From Alphaproteobacteria bacterium (GTDB lineage Bacteria; Pseudomonadota; Alphaproteobacteria; Rickettsiales; SXRF01): 64,000 nt of DNA. The position numbers and the translations under genes are program-made. Below, in pieces: positions 1-9,232 of the stretch (positions within the stretch are counted from its first letter, which is position 1; each line of letters starts with the position of its first letter). The notes under the pieces are model-generated. The model ran no database searches. It was not told the origin of the DNA and saw nothing but the letters and a program-made list of their open reading frames with translations. The DNA lies in contig JANYES010000004.1 in assembly GCA_025362975.1 (NCBI GenBank), positions 78,390-142,389 of the forward strand, written 5' to 3'.

Positions 1-1
1 G

Positions 2-529
2 AAATCCGGCGATTTCACCAACTGGCTCGGCGCCAGCAACATCAAACTCCTGCGCGATCAGGGCCACGGCGACCTGCTGAAGAAAGTCTCTAGCGAGTTC
101 GCCGCCATTGCCAAACAATTTAACCAGCCCGTCCCCGGCCACTGGCAGCCGCTATTCTTCCCCTTACCCGTCGACGGAATCATGCAACAAGTCCGCATTT
201 TCGTAAAAAAAGACCGCAAGGAAAACAAGCGCGACGACCAGCCCACCGAGGAGGACACCCGCTTCATCATCGAAGTCGACCTCACCTACTTAGGCGAACT
301 CCAGCTCGACGGCTTCGTCCGCAAACAGGAAAAATACTTACATTTCGACATGATCATCCGCAGCCTTGCGGGCCTCTCGCCCGACATGCAGCATGATATT
401 TTAGGCATTTACAATAACATGGGCCAGATCACCGGCTATAAAGGCACTCTCACCTTCCAGGCCGTGCGCGAATTTCCGGTCAACCCGATGGTAGACCTCG
501 TCGCTACCCACGACACCTTCATGGCCTAG
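2..529 (+). CDS. Hypothetical protein, 5' end cut by window edge
   Basis: The frame of the 182..529 ORF stays open back to nt 2, so the gene starts upstream of the window. The C-terminal pattern (RFIIEVDLTYLGELQLDGFV...) loosely resembles FliK/Flg_hook-type C-terminal domains, but this is not secure. Confidence 0.55.
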   Translation, partial: KSGDFTNWLGASNIKLLRDQGHGDLLKKVSSEFAAIAKQFNQPVPGHWQPLFFPLPVDGIMQQVRIFVKKDRKENKRDDQPTEEDTRFIIEVDLTYLGELQLDGFVRKQEKYLHFDMIIRSLAGLSPDMQHDILGIYNNMGQITGYKGTLTFQAVREFPVNPMVDLVATHDTFMA

Positions 530-578
530 CATTTTTTACACTTTCTTTTCTTCCCGCCAAAGTGTAAAAATACACTCC

Positions 579-1592
579 ATGAGCCAAAGCACCACCATTG
601 AAGAACAAGACAAAAAAACCGTCACCCTCGACGCGTTATACGCCCTCATCAGCTCCGACCTGAAAAAAGTCGACACCTTCATCATCGACCGCGTCAAAAC
701 CGAAGTCCCGCTTATCTCCGACGTCGCGCGCCACATCATCGCTTCTGGCGGTAAACGCATCCGCCCCGCGCTCACCCTGATTTCCGCACAATTGTGCCAC
801 TACGAAGGTAGCCGCCACATCCCGCTCGCCGCCACCGTCGAATTCATACACACCGCAACCCTGCTCCACGACGACGTCGTAGACGAAAGCAAACTGCGCC
901 GCGGCCTCGCCACCGCCAATGAAATTTTCGGCAACAAAGCCAGCGTCTTAGTCGGCGACTTCCTATTAAGCCAAGCCTTCCAGATCATGGTCTCCGACGG
1001 TTCCCTGAAAGCCCTCAAAATCCTTTCCGACGCCGCCGCCATCATCTCCAAAGGCGAAGTCATGCAGCTCATGACTGAAGGCCAGCCAGAAACCACCATC
1101 GAAAACTACCTGCAAGTCGTCTCCGCCAAAACCGCCGTCCTCTTCGCCGCCGCCTGCGAACTCGGCGCCACCATCGCCGGTCAGGAACGCTACGAAGAAC
1201 CTTTACGCGAATTCGGCATCTATATCGGCATCGCCTTCCAGCTTGTCGACGACGTGCTCGACTACATCGCCGAAACGAGCAGCCTCGGCAAAAACATCGG
1301 CGACGATTTCCAGGAAGGCAAAATCACCCTGCCCGTCATTCTCGCCTACAGCGCCGGCACTCGCGAAGAAAAAGTCTTCTGGATCCGCACCCTCGCCGAA
1401 CTCGAGCAACGTCCCGACGATTTCGACCACGCCCTCACCTTGCTGCACAAGCATAGCGCCATCGAACAAACCATTGCCATGGCCGAACGCTACTGTGCCA
1501 AAGCCCGCACCTCACTAAACGGCTTCGCCCCCAGCAAAGCCAAATCCGCGATGCTCGACATCGTCGATTTCTGCGTCCAGCGCCTGTACTAA
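579..1592 (+). CDS. ispB: Octaprenyl/polyprenyl diphosphate synthase
   Basis: 337 aa with both trans-prenyltransferase Asp-rich motifs (LLHDDVVDES and FQLVDDVLDY). Confidence 0.9.
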   Translation: MSQSTTIEEQDKKTVTLDALYALISSDLKKVDTFIIDRVKTEVPLISDVARHIIASGGKRIRPALTLISAQLCHYEGSRHIPLAATVEFIHTATLLHDDVVDESKLRRGLATANEIFGNKASVLVGDFLLSQAFQIMVSDGSLKALKILSDAAAIISKGEVMQLMTEGQPETTIENYLQVVSAKTAVLFAAACELGATIAGQERYEEPLREFGIYIGIAFQLVDDVLDYIAETSSLGKNIGDDFQEGKITLPVILAYSAGTREEKVFWIRTLAELEQRPDDFDHALTLLHKHSAIEQTIAMAERYCAKARTSLNGFAPSKAKSAMLDIVDFCVQRLY

Positions 1593-1616
1593 TCCTTCCG
1601 GCCTAATTCCCCTTTT

Positions 1617-1725
1617 GTCATAGCCGCGAAAGCGGTTATCCAATGCGAAGGCGCGTCACGCCGGGAAGAGCTATACGCTGCTGCCGCAGCTACGGATTGG
1701 ATACCACGCCTACGCGGGTATAACG
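1617..1725. repeat. TIR-bounded palindromic intergenic element, copy 1 (diverged)
   Basis: GTCATAGCCGCGAAAGCGGTTATCCAATGCG ... CGGATTGGATACCACGCCTACGCGGGTATAACG. It shares termini and the inner GGCGCG-N-CGCC core with copies at 12.2, 17.8, 28.2, 37.6 and 39.4 kb. It lies between convergent ispB and the pilin gene. Confidence 0.7.
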
Positions 1726-1740
1726 CGTCCTATAAATAAC

Positions 1741-1773
1741 AAAAAGGCCGCGCTCTTTCGAGTACGGCCTTCT
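1741..1773 (-). terminator. Rho-independent terminator of the pilin-like gene
   Basis: Minus strand reads AAGGCCG-N14-CGGCCTT followed by TTTTTGTTATTTAT, immediately 3' of the stop at 1795. Confidence 0.6.
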
Positions 1774-1794
1774 TATATATAATAACTAGCTAAA

Positions 1795-2151
1795 CTAAGC
1801 CTGGTAGCAGAACCCCTGCGCACCACCCATGCTGACAATCATGTAAGGCGCGCCGAACAGTACGGAGCAACCCACACCGATCACAAGTGCCTGCGTCCAC
1901 GTCACTCGGCCCAGAAGGGCGAGCGTACCCAGTACGCTGATACCGATAGTCGCGATACCGCGGCCAGCGTTACCCGTGAAGTTGTCGGCGATATTGCAGA
2001 TGTAGTTACCAACGTCGGACTGAGCGCTGGGTGCTAGGCCAGCAGCAGCAAACAGCACGTCAGGCATCATTAAAACAATCGCGCTGATCAACGCGAGGCT
2101 GGCGAGGTGCCAGGACATTTCTAAGTCAATGGTTGCAGTTTGCGTTTTCAT
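1795..2151 (-). CDS. TrbC/VirB2-family type IV secretion pilin-like protein (singleton)
   Basis: 118 aa with a long signal-like N-terminus. The segment NYICNIADNFTGNAGRGIATIGISVLGTLALLGRVTWTQALVIGVGCSVLFGAPYMI parallels the two-hydrophobic-helix core of A. tumefaciens VirB2 (NNICTFILGPFGQSLAVLGIVAIGISWMFGRAS...GGIVIMFGASFL). Confidence 0.6.
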   Translation of the reverse strand: MKTQTATIDLEMSWHLASLALISAIVLMMPDVLFAAAGLAPSAQSDVGNYICNIADNFTGNAGRGIATIGISVLGTLALLGRVTWTQALVIGVGCSVLFGAPYMIVSMGGAQGFCYQA

Positions 2152-2421
2152 ATCGACACTCTTTGAATGCTAAGAAATTACAGTATCTGAACAAATTGAA
2201 GTCATTTACTTCAACCGAATATTAAGCTTAGTATATCTTAAAATCGGGCGCGGCACAAAACTTTATTTTATACATTTTTATGACAATTTCCGTGTATTTT
2301 CTACAATTTACACGCCGTTAGCACCCTCACTAAACCCCATCCATATATCAGCAAACTGGTTACAGTTAACCAATCCTTAGTATTCATTCCGCAGGCGAAA
2401 AGAGTATAAAATCAAATTAAA

Positions 2422-3060
2422 TTACGCTTCAACCGGCTGCTTGCCGACATAAGAACGCAGATGCTCGCGCAGGTCCATAAGTTCCTGCCGCACCTGAATA
2501 AGCTGTTCAAGATGACGCGGATCTGCGACCGGTGCCGCAGCAACTCCCTGTGGCGTTGCCGCCGCGATGCCTTCACTTAACAGGCGCTTTTCAGTGCTGA
2601 ACGCCTTTTTCGCACCCTTGATCGTATAGCCCTGCTTATAAAGAAGGTGTTTGATGGTGCTGAGGATGTTGATGTCGTGCGGGCGATAATAACGGCGCCC
2701 GCCATTGAGTTTCAGCGGTTTGATCTGTGAGAAACGGCTTTCCCAGAAGCGCAGCACATGCTGCGGCACATCAAGAAATTTTGCTGTTTCACTGATGGTC
2801 TTGAATGCTTCCGGCGCCTTTTCAAGATCCGAATCTTCCTTGGCGTTCTCATCCATGATGAACGGATGGCGCAAGGATTTAGGCAATGGCGGCAAGCTGT
2901 TTTCGGAAAGTTCCGCCGCGCCAGTTTCAATCACCGGCTGCTTCTTCACTTCTTTTTTCAGCGAAGGATCTTTAGGCGTTTGCGGCTTCTTAGCTTTTTT
3001 TTCAGGGAGCTTTTCTTCAGTGGTAACTGCTGCGTCTTCCTGCAAAAAATCAAGCTGCAT
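2422..3060 (-). CDS. MerR-family transcriptional regulator with Lys/Pro-rich N-terminal extension
   Basis: HTH segment [45 protein letters not shown]. It sits next to ihfA, as in many alphaproteobacteria. Confidence 0.8.
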   Translation of the reverse strand: MQLDFLQEDAAVTTEEKLPEKKAKKPQTPKDPSLKKEVKKQPVIETGAAELSENSLPPLPKSLRHPFIMDENAKEDSDLEKAPEAFKTISETAKFLDVPQHVLRFWESRFSQIKPLKLNGGRRYYRPHDINILSTIKHLLYKQGYTIKGAKKAFSTEKRLLSEGIAAATPQGVAAAPVADPRHLEQLIQVRQELMDLREHLRSYVGKQPVEA

Positions 3061-3133
3061 ACTTCACTCCCTTAGAATAGTGCCTCCGAACGCCCCAGCT
3101 GGGCTCCCGCAGATAGTATACGGGACGCAGTAT

Positions 3134-3454
3134 TTATGGAACGATTTTTTTGCCGGTGCCGGTCAGGCTGGTGTTCACCTTGCCTTTGAGCAGGTTAGAA
3201 GCGTTGAACGACAGCACGGTGCGCGACGTGATTGGCACTTCGATACCGGTTTTCGGATTGCGGCCCATGCGCTGTTTTTTCTTGCGCAGCGAGAACGTGC
3301 CGAACGACGAGAGTTTCACCGAGTCGCCCTGTTCGAGGCCGGTGCAGATTTCTTCGATCACGGAATCAACGAGCGCGTTGCATTCCTGAAGTGAAAGGCC
3401 AATTTTCTTATAAACAGCGGTGCTCAGATCAGCGCGGGTTAAAGTTTTTGACAT
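3134..3454 (-). CDS. ihfA: Integration host factor subunit alpha
   Basis: 106 aa. MSKTLTRADL...FGTFSLRKKKQRMGRNPKTGIEVPI matches the HU/IHF fold signature. Confidence 0.9.
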   Translation of the reverse strand: MSKTLTRADLSTAVYKKIGLSLQECNALVDSVIEEICTGLEQGDSVKLSSFGTFSLRKKKQRMGRNPKTGIEVPITSRTVLSFNASNLLKGKVNTSLTGTGKKIVP

Positions 3455-3554
3455 GGTGTTTTCTTCTTTTGTTAGTTGATGATGGAAATCAGCTTACTTG
3501 ATTTTTCAAAAGAATGCAAGTGCCTGATTCACAATAATAACGGGTTGTTAATCC

Positions 3555-4526
3555 TTACCAGCGAATCAGGGTGCAGCCCCACGTCAAACCCGCTCCCAGA
3601 GCCGGACAGGCGACTAAATGGCCGTTCTTGAGCCTTCCGTCATTTTTGGCCGTATATAAGGCTAAAGGAATGCTCGCCGCTGAGGTATTGGCGTGTTTTG
3701 GCACCGTAGCGACCACTTTTTCCTCATTTATATGGAGTTTTTGCCCCACCGAGGCCAAAATCCGCATATTTGCCTGATGCGGCACCAGCCAGTCGATGGC
3801 CGATAGGGGTAACTTTAGTTCCGCCAGCCCCTCTTCGACCGCCGCGGGCATTTTCGTGCTCGCATGCCTGAAAATCTCCTTACCGACCATAAACATCTTG
3901 CCCGAAGTCATCGTCGAACTCACCCCGCCGTTCGTGGCGAGCAACTGCGTATACTGCCCATCGGAATGAATCTTCGAGAATAACACGCCGCGATCGTCAT
4001 TCGTGCCTTTCTGCTCCTGCGCATCGAGCAGCACCGCCCCCGCGCCGTCACCAAACAGGATGCACGTCGTACGGTCATTAAAATCCAGAATGCGCGAATA
4101 CGTTTCCGCGCCAATCACCAGCACGCGCTTAGCCGTACCCGCGATAATAAAGCTATTCGCCACCGTCATCGCATACACGAATCCGCTGCACGCAGCGTTC
4201 ACATCGAACGCCGCTCCGCCGGTAATGCCTAAGCGATGCTGAATCTTCGTCGCCGTCGACGGCATGGTATCGTCCGGTGTTGATGTTGCCAGCACCACAA
4301 GATCAATGCTCGACGCTTCCACGCCCGCATCCTTGATCGCCTCAGCACCCGCCATCACCGCAAGGTCCGACGTCACTTCACCCTCAGCAGCGAAATGCCG
4401 CTGCGTAATCCCCGTGCGTTCGCGAATCCATTCGTCGTTCGTTTCCATAAACGCTTCGAAATGCGTATTGGGAACCACGCGTTCCGGCAGATGCGCACCG
4501 ACGCCTATGACAACTGCGCGGCGCAT
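3555..4526 (-). CDS. fabH: 3-oxoacyl-ACP synthase III
   Basis: Thiolase-like KAS III sequence (NAACSGF, HQAN, GAGLTWG). Start is set at internal MRRAVVIGVG, where its ATG overlaps the plsX stop (TAATG). The 43 upstream codons of the tracked ORF overlap plsX. Confidence 0.9.
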   Translation of the reverse strand: MRRAVVIGVGAHLPERVVPNTHFEAFMETNDEWIRERTGITQRHFAAEGEVTSDLAVMAGAEAIKDAGVEASSIDLVVLATSTPDDTMPSTATKIQHRLGITGGAAFDVNAACSGFVYAMTVANSFIIAGTAKRVLVIGAETYSRILDFNDRTTCILFGDGAGAVLLDAQEQKGTNDDRGVLFSKIHSDGQYTQLLATNGGVSSTMTSGKMFMVGKEIFRHASTKMPAAVEEGLAELKLPLSAIDWLVPHQANMRILASVGQKLHINEEKVVATVPKHANTSAASIPLALYTAKNDGRLKNGHLVACPALGAGLTWGCTLIRW

Positions 4527-5593
4527 TAATCCGCCTCGCCTTCGATCGCGTCGAGCGCGATTATTTGAGGTGCCTGTGAAAGTTTGATATCCTGCATAAT
4601 CCGCGTATTGATATTGTGCTCCACCAGCTCTACAGCAACGCCAATCGCATTGCAAAAGCTGAAAGCATCCGCGCCACCATGACTCTTCACGGCGATACCG
4701 TTTAACCCTAAGAACATCGCCCCGTTGCGCTTGCGATCGTCGAGTTTTTCCTTCACCGCTTTCAGTGCACCCGTTGCAAACAACGCGCCCACCTGCGACA
4801 CCGGCGAACTCTTGAATGCATCTTTCAGATACGTGCGAATCAACCGCGCCGCACCTTCGGCCGTCTTCAACGCCACGTTGCCGGTAAACCCATCCGTCAC
4901 CACCACATCCACCGCACCGCCGGTAATATCGTTACCTTCAATGAAGCCGTGATAATTGATATCCATGTTCGAATTTTTGAGCAGCGCGTGCGCCGCCTTC
5001 ACCTCTTCGCGCCCTTTAAGTTCTTCCGAACCCACATTGAGCAGCCCCACGCGCGGGCGATTCATCCCCAGCACCGCGCGGGCAAACGCATCGCCCATAA
5101 TCGCGAATTTGTATAGATCATGCTCGTCCGATTCCACATTCGCGCCGAGGTCGAGCATCACGCATTCGCCACGCATCGTCGGCAGCAACGCCGCAATCGC
5201 CGGGCGCGAAATTCCCGGAAGCGTGCGCAAAATCAATTTCGACATCGCCATCAGCGCGCCGGTATTGCCCGCCGACACAATCGCGCAGGCCTTACCTTCT
5301 TTAACGGAGCTGATCGCCAGCCACATGCTGGAATTGCGCCCGCGCCGAACGGCATGCGACGGCTTATCGTCGCCCGCAATGGCCACTTCCGTATGCACGA
5401 TCTCGCATGCGGCTTTAACGAGTTTAACTTCCTGAAGGAGCGGTTCGAGCACGAACCGGTTGCCGAACAATACGAAACGTAAGCCCGGATAGCGCATCAG
5501 CGCCATTTCCGCGCCCAGGATGACAGACTCGGGCGCATTGTCCCCGCCCATAGCATCCAAGGCTATCGGTAACTGGAGTTTTCCAGTCGACAT
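4526..5593 (-). CDS. plsX: Phosphate acyltransferase
   Basis: 355 aa full-length PlsX pattern (IALDAMGGD..., VSAGNTGA, VVTDGFTGNVALK) in the rpmF-plsX-fabH operon order. Confidence 0.92.
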   Translation of the reverse strand: MSTGKLQLPIALDAMGGDNAPESVILGAEMALMRYPGLRFVLFGNRFVLEPLLQEVKLVKAACEIVHTEVAIAGDDKPSHAVRRGRNSSMWLAISSVKEGKACAIVSAGNTGALMAMSKLILRTLPGISRPAIAALLPTMRGECVMLDLGANVESDEHDLYKFAIMGDAFARAVLGMNRPRVGLLNVGSEELKGREEVKAAHALLKNSNMDINYHGFIEGNDITGGAVDVVVTDGFTGNVALKTAEGAARLIRTYLKDAFKSSPVSQVGALFATGALKAVKEKLDDRKRNGAMFLGLNGIAVKSHGGADAFSFCNAIGVAVELVEHNINTRIMQDIKLSQAPQIIALDAIEGEAD

Positions 5594-5596
5594 GGA

Positions 5597-5779
5597 TTAA
5601 AGGTTTACTTTATCCGTAGTGACTTGGCGGCCTTTGTAATGGCCGTCCGGGGAAACGTGGTGCGGGCGACCGAGTTCGCCGGTGGTTTTGTTTTCAACAA
5701 CCGTCGTTTTATCGAGGGCGTGGTGGGCGCGGCGCATGCCTTTTTTGGACTTGCTAGTTTTTCTTTTAGGTACAGCCAT
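5597..5779 (-). CDS. rpmF: 50S ribosomal protein L32
   Basis: [22 protein letters not shown]... is the canonical L32 N-terminus. The upstream 29 codons of the tracked ORF were discarded. Confidence 0.9.
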   Translation of the reverse strand: MAVPKRKTSKSKKGMRRAHHALDKTTVVENKTTGELGRPHHVSPDGHYKGRQVTTDKVNL

Positions 5780-5933
5780 TGTCTTATTCCTTGTGTTTCT
5801 AAAACTTGAAGGCGTTGTATATAGCAAATCCGCCCCGTAAGGAAAGCGTTTTTTGCATGCTTTCAACAGTATCTCGTCCGGCTGGGGGGAGCAGCCGGGC
5901 GAGCTTCAGGCAAGTGCAATATATTACAGCATC

Positions 5934-6221
5934 TTACCTGCCGTAGAACCAGCTAAAGGCCAGGGGAGCCGGCTGGTACACCGGATAGACAGGAACCGGC
6001 GCATACACAGGTTCTGGATAATAAACCGCGCGCGGCGGGGCATAATAATAGGTCCGCGCAGGCTCATAGCGCACATAAGGGTAAACCGGGCGATAATGCT
6101 CATGGTGGTGGTGTTCGCGCTCCCAGCGATGCTCGTAAGGGCGATGGCCATCGGCGATCGCAGGGTCTGCCAGTATCATCACGCCAAGGGCAGAAAGCAT
6201 GGTGATTTTAATCTTCGACAT
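5934..6221 (-). CDS. Small secreted His-rich then Tyr/Pro-rich protein
   Basis: Start at MSKIKITMLSALGVMILADPAIA (signal peptide) with GGAG 7 nt upstream. The mature part is HRPYEHRWEREHHHHEHYRPVYPYVRYEP...YYPEPVYAPVPVYPVYQP. Confidence 0.5.
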   Translation of the reverse strand: MSKIKITMLSALGVMILADPAIADGHRPYEHRWEREHHHHEHYRPVYPYVRYEPARTYYYAPPRAVYYPEPVYAPVPVYPVYQPAPLAFSWFYGR

Positions 6222-6437
6222 AACGAACTCCAGTGGTTGTTTATGAGCGAAGTATGCGGCAACACGCATGAACGCAAGAATACACAAGGATTACAAATTA
6301 TTTAGCTCACGCGCGTTGCCACATCCTGTATAATACAGGCAACGAGCAAAAAACCTTCGCGGCACCTAAAACAACGCTCTGGCGCAAACCAAAAAAATTA
6401 TTATACTTCCGCCTCAAAGGACCACAGGAGATTACCG

Positions 6438-7070
6438 ATGCAACAGCTTTATTACACCCCCGGCGCACTTTCGCTCGCTATCCACGTTCTGTTGAATGAA
6501 CTCAACCTGCCCTACGAGCGCAAGCCAATCGACCTCAAAAACGGCGAAGGCCAGACTCCGGAGTTCTTAAAGCTCAACCCACGCGGCCAGGTTCCCGTCC
6601 TCGTCACCGACAATCAGGTCATCCGCGAAACCGCCGCTATCATCGTTTACCTCACCGACGAATATAACAGCATCCTCATGCCGCGTTCCGGCAAGGCCCG
6701 CGCCAATGCGCTTGAATGGCTAATGTTCGCTAATTCTACGCTCCACAACGCCTATTCCAAAGCCACCTTCGTGCTCAAAAACACCGAAGATGCCACCGTC
6801 AAAATGCAGCTTTTCAACGCAATCCTCGCCGAGATCAACAAACTCTGGGCCGAAGTCGACGCCATTCTCGCCAAAAACCGCTTCATCTGCGGCAAGGATT
6901 TCACCGCCGCCGACATTTTGCTCACCGTCATCGCCAACTGGGGCGACCACCACCCGGTCCGCCCGACCATCGGCGAAAACACCAAACGCATGCTGCGCGA
7001 CGCCATCAGCCGCCCGGCCTTCGTCAAAGCCATCAAGGTTGAACAAATCGACTACAAAGCCGCAGCTTAA
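6438..7070 (+). CDS. Glutathione S-transferase family protein
   Basis: 210 aa with a GST N-terminal thioredoxin-like pattern (LYYTPGALSLAIHVLLNE..., NPRGQVPVL) and a good AGGAG RBS. Confidence 0.8.
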   Translation: MQQLYYTPGALSLAIHVLLNELNLPYERKPIDLKNGEGQTPEFLKLNPRGQVPVLVTDNQVIRETAAIIVYLTDEYNSILMPRSGKARANALEWLMFANSTLHNAYSKATFVLKNTEDATVKMQLFNAILAEINKLWAEVDAILAKNRFICGKDFTAADILLTVIANWGDHHPVRPTIGENTKRMLRDAISRPAFVKAIKVEQIDYKAAA

Positions 7071-7089
7071 AAAACATTAGGGAGGATTT

Positions 7090-7473
7090 ATGAAATTCCA
7101 TTACGCACTCGCTCTCATGACGCTTATCACCACCCCGGCCCTAGCCACTAAAACCACGAGTTCCACCCCCACAAAAACCACCACTGGCAGCTCCATGACC
7201 GTCTCCACCGGAACGTCATCCACCGCTGCTCCCATCAACGCCAGCGAACCCGCCCATAAGCGCAGCGGCAGCACCAAAGTCAAAGACGGCCTCACCCCAG
7301 AAGCCCGCCACGAAGCCATGAAATTGCCAGATCAGAAAATGGGCGCATGGAAAACCCGCGAAGCCCAGCGCGAAGCCGCCAATAAAAATAAAATTAAAAT
7401 GGCTCCACCCGCCGACACCGACACGACCGCACCGGCAGCAACCAACAAGAAAACGGATAAAAAGGAAGACTAA
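7090..7473 (+). CDS. Secreted low-complexity Thr/Ser-rich protein
   Basis: Signal peptide MKFHYALALMTLITTPALA, then a T/S-rich and K-rich sequence. GGGAGG RBS. Confidence 0.5.
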   Translation: MKFHYALALMTLITTPALATKTTSSTPTKTTTGSSMTVSTGTSSTAAPINASEPAHKRSGSTKVKDGLTPEARHEAMKLPDQKMGAWKTREAQREAANKNKIKMAPPADTDTTAPAATNKKTDKKED

Positions 7474-7859
7474 GAACGCCCTTCGCGTTGTTTCGTCGCT
7501 GGCGGATCATACGGCAGTTCTTTCGCCGCATCGCCGAAATCGTGCTTCACCAGTGCGACCATCGACTCTGGATATTCCATCTGCCCCGGAAACTGTCCGC
7601 TAACGATCACGAGCGGAAAATTCGCTTTCTTGATCATATCGCTGATGACGGTAGGCCGTCTGCCATACTGCATCACCGATTTTTCGATGCCGTCCAGCTC
7701 AAATCTTTTTCGGAGTTCGTCATAGCCGATGTCAGGCTGGTCGAAAAGCTGCGCGCTTACGCCCGCCGTATTGCGACTCGGATCCTGCGACAGAATCAGC
7801 GTCCATTTATTCGCGCCGACGGTCACTTCCATCTGTCTTGATTCAACTTTCTCAACCAT
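7470..7859 (-). CDS. Hypothetical cytoplasmic protein
   Basis: 129 aa from MVEKVESRQ..., with GAGGAG 5 nt upstream. No family recognised. Confidence 0.5.
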   Translation of the reverse strand: MVEKVESRQMEVTVGANKWTLILSQDPSRNTAGVSAQLFDQPDIGYDELRKRFELDGIEKSVMQYGRRPTVISDMIKKANFPLVIVSGQFPGQMEYPESMVALVKHDFGDAAKELPYDPPATKQREGRS

Positions 7860-7916
7860 ACAAGCTCCTCTCACGAATAAGAAAGATCATACCATAATCG
7901 TTAATATTGCTAACCA

Positions 7917-9215
7917 TCATTCCGCCTGCCGCTTCTCTCGCAGCTTTTCCCAATATTCCAACCGCTTAATAATATCCCTCTCAAACCCGCGCTCCACCGG
8001 CTGATAATATTCCTGCCGCGTCATCCCGTCCGGAAAATAATTCTGCCCCGAAAATCCATCCTCCGCCTGATAATCATATTCATAACCCTTGGAATACCCC
8101 AGCTCCTTCATCAGCTTCGTAGGCGCATTCAAAATATGCATCGACGGCATCAGCGACCCAAACTCCCGCGCGCTGCGCGACGCATCCTTGTACGCCGTAT
8201 AAAGCGCGTTCGATTTCGGCGCCGTCGCTAAATACATCACGCACTGCACCAGCGCCAGCTCCCCCTCCGGTGATCCAAGGAAATCATACGCCTCCTTCGC
8301 CGCATTCGCCTGTACCAGCGCATTCGGGTCCGCCAGCCCGATATCCTCAACCGCAAACCGAACCATACGCCGCGCAATATACAGCGGGTCCTCCCCGCCT
8401 GTCAGCATCCGGCAGAGCCAATACAGCGCCGCCTGAACATCTGACCCGCGCAATGATTTATGCAGCGCGCTAATCAAATTATAATGCGCCTCCTGCCGCT
8501 TATCATACAGCGGTGCCCGCTTCTGCAAATACTGCGTCAACGCCGCCGCATCCATCGCCTTGCCCTTAAACCCAAACAGAATCTCACAGAAATTCAGCAA
8601 CGCCCGTCCGTCCCCATCGGCCATGCCGACCAGAATCTCGCGCGCCTCCGCCATCAGCGGCAATTTCTTGCCCGTGTGCTTTTCCGCCCGCGCCAGCAAT
8701 TGCATCATCGCGCTCACATCCAGTCGCTGCAAAACCACCACCTGCATCCGCGACAGCAACGCCGAATTCATCTCAAATGAAGGATTTTCCGTCGTCGCCC
8801 CGATGAGGATAATCGTCCCATCCTCCACCACCGGCAAAAAAGCATCCTGTTGCGACCGGTTGAACCTGTGAATTTCATCCACAAACATCACCGTCCGCAA
8901 CCCGTCGCTCCTGCGCGCCCGCGAGCGTTCAAATATCTGCTTCAATTCTGCCACGCCCGAAGACACCGCCGAAACTTGCTCCAGCGCATACCCCGTCTTC
9001 TCCGCTATAATCCGCGCCAGCGTCGTCTTCCCGCATCCCGGCGGCCCCCAGAACACCATAGAAACCGGCGGCGCCCCCTCCAGAATCGATTGCAGCATAT
9101 GCCCGCCTGACAGCACATGGCTCTGCCCGATCACCTCCTCCGGAGTCTGCGGCCGCAGGCGGTCGGCCAAGGGCGCATCATCTGGGATATGCTGCTCAAA
9201 TAATGTTTTCATCAC
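7917..9215 (-). CDS. rarA: Replication-associated recombination protein A (AAA+ ATPase)
   Basis: Walker A GPPGCGKTT, Walker B VMFVDEIHRFN and the MgsA C-terminal domain (HYNLISALHKSLRGSD, ALYWLCRML). Confidence 0.9.
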   Translation of the reverse strand: MMKTLFEQHIPDDAPLADRLRPQTPEEVIGQSHVLSGGHMLQSILEGAPPVSMVFWGPPGCGKTTLARIIAEKTGYALEQVSAVSSGVAELKQIFERSRARRSDGLRTVMFVDEIHRFNRSQQDAFLPVVEDGTIILIGATTENPSFEMNSALLSRMQVVVLQRLDVSAMMQLLARAEKHTGKKLPLMAEAREILVGMADGDGRALLNFCEILFGFKGKAMDAAALTQYLQKRAPLYDKRQEAHYNLISALHKSLRGSDVQAALYWLCRMLTGGEDPLYIARRMVRFAVEDIGLADPNALVQANAAKEAYDFLGSPEGELALVQCVMYLATAPKSNALYTAYKDASRSAREFGSLMPSMHILNAPTKLMKELGYSKGYEYDYQAEDGFSGQNYFPDGMTRQEYYQPVERGFERDIIKRLEYWEKLREKRQAE

Positions 9216-9232
9216 CTTAATATAGTGCGCGA

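Noticed and set aside
4527-4655. N-terminal extensions of tracked ORFs: fabH 4527-4655, rpmF 5780-5866, tyrC 26759-26836, lolD 52587-52646, proS 56038-56073, folP 42337-42372 and pabB 45570-45731.
   Set aside because: The extensions overlap upstream genes or repeats and lack family-typical sequence. Internal starts reproduce canonical N-termini and show stop/start coupling.
6325-6339. LexA/SOS box at CCTGTATAATACAGG.
   Set aside because: It reads CTG-N7-CAG rather than the gammaproteobacterial CTG-N10-CAG. The alphaproteobacterial LexA site is the direct repeat GTTC-N7-GTTC, which is absent here.
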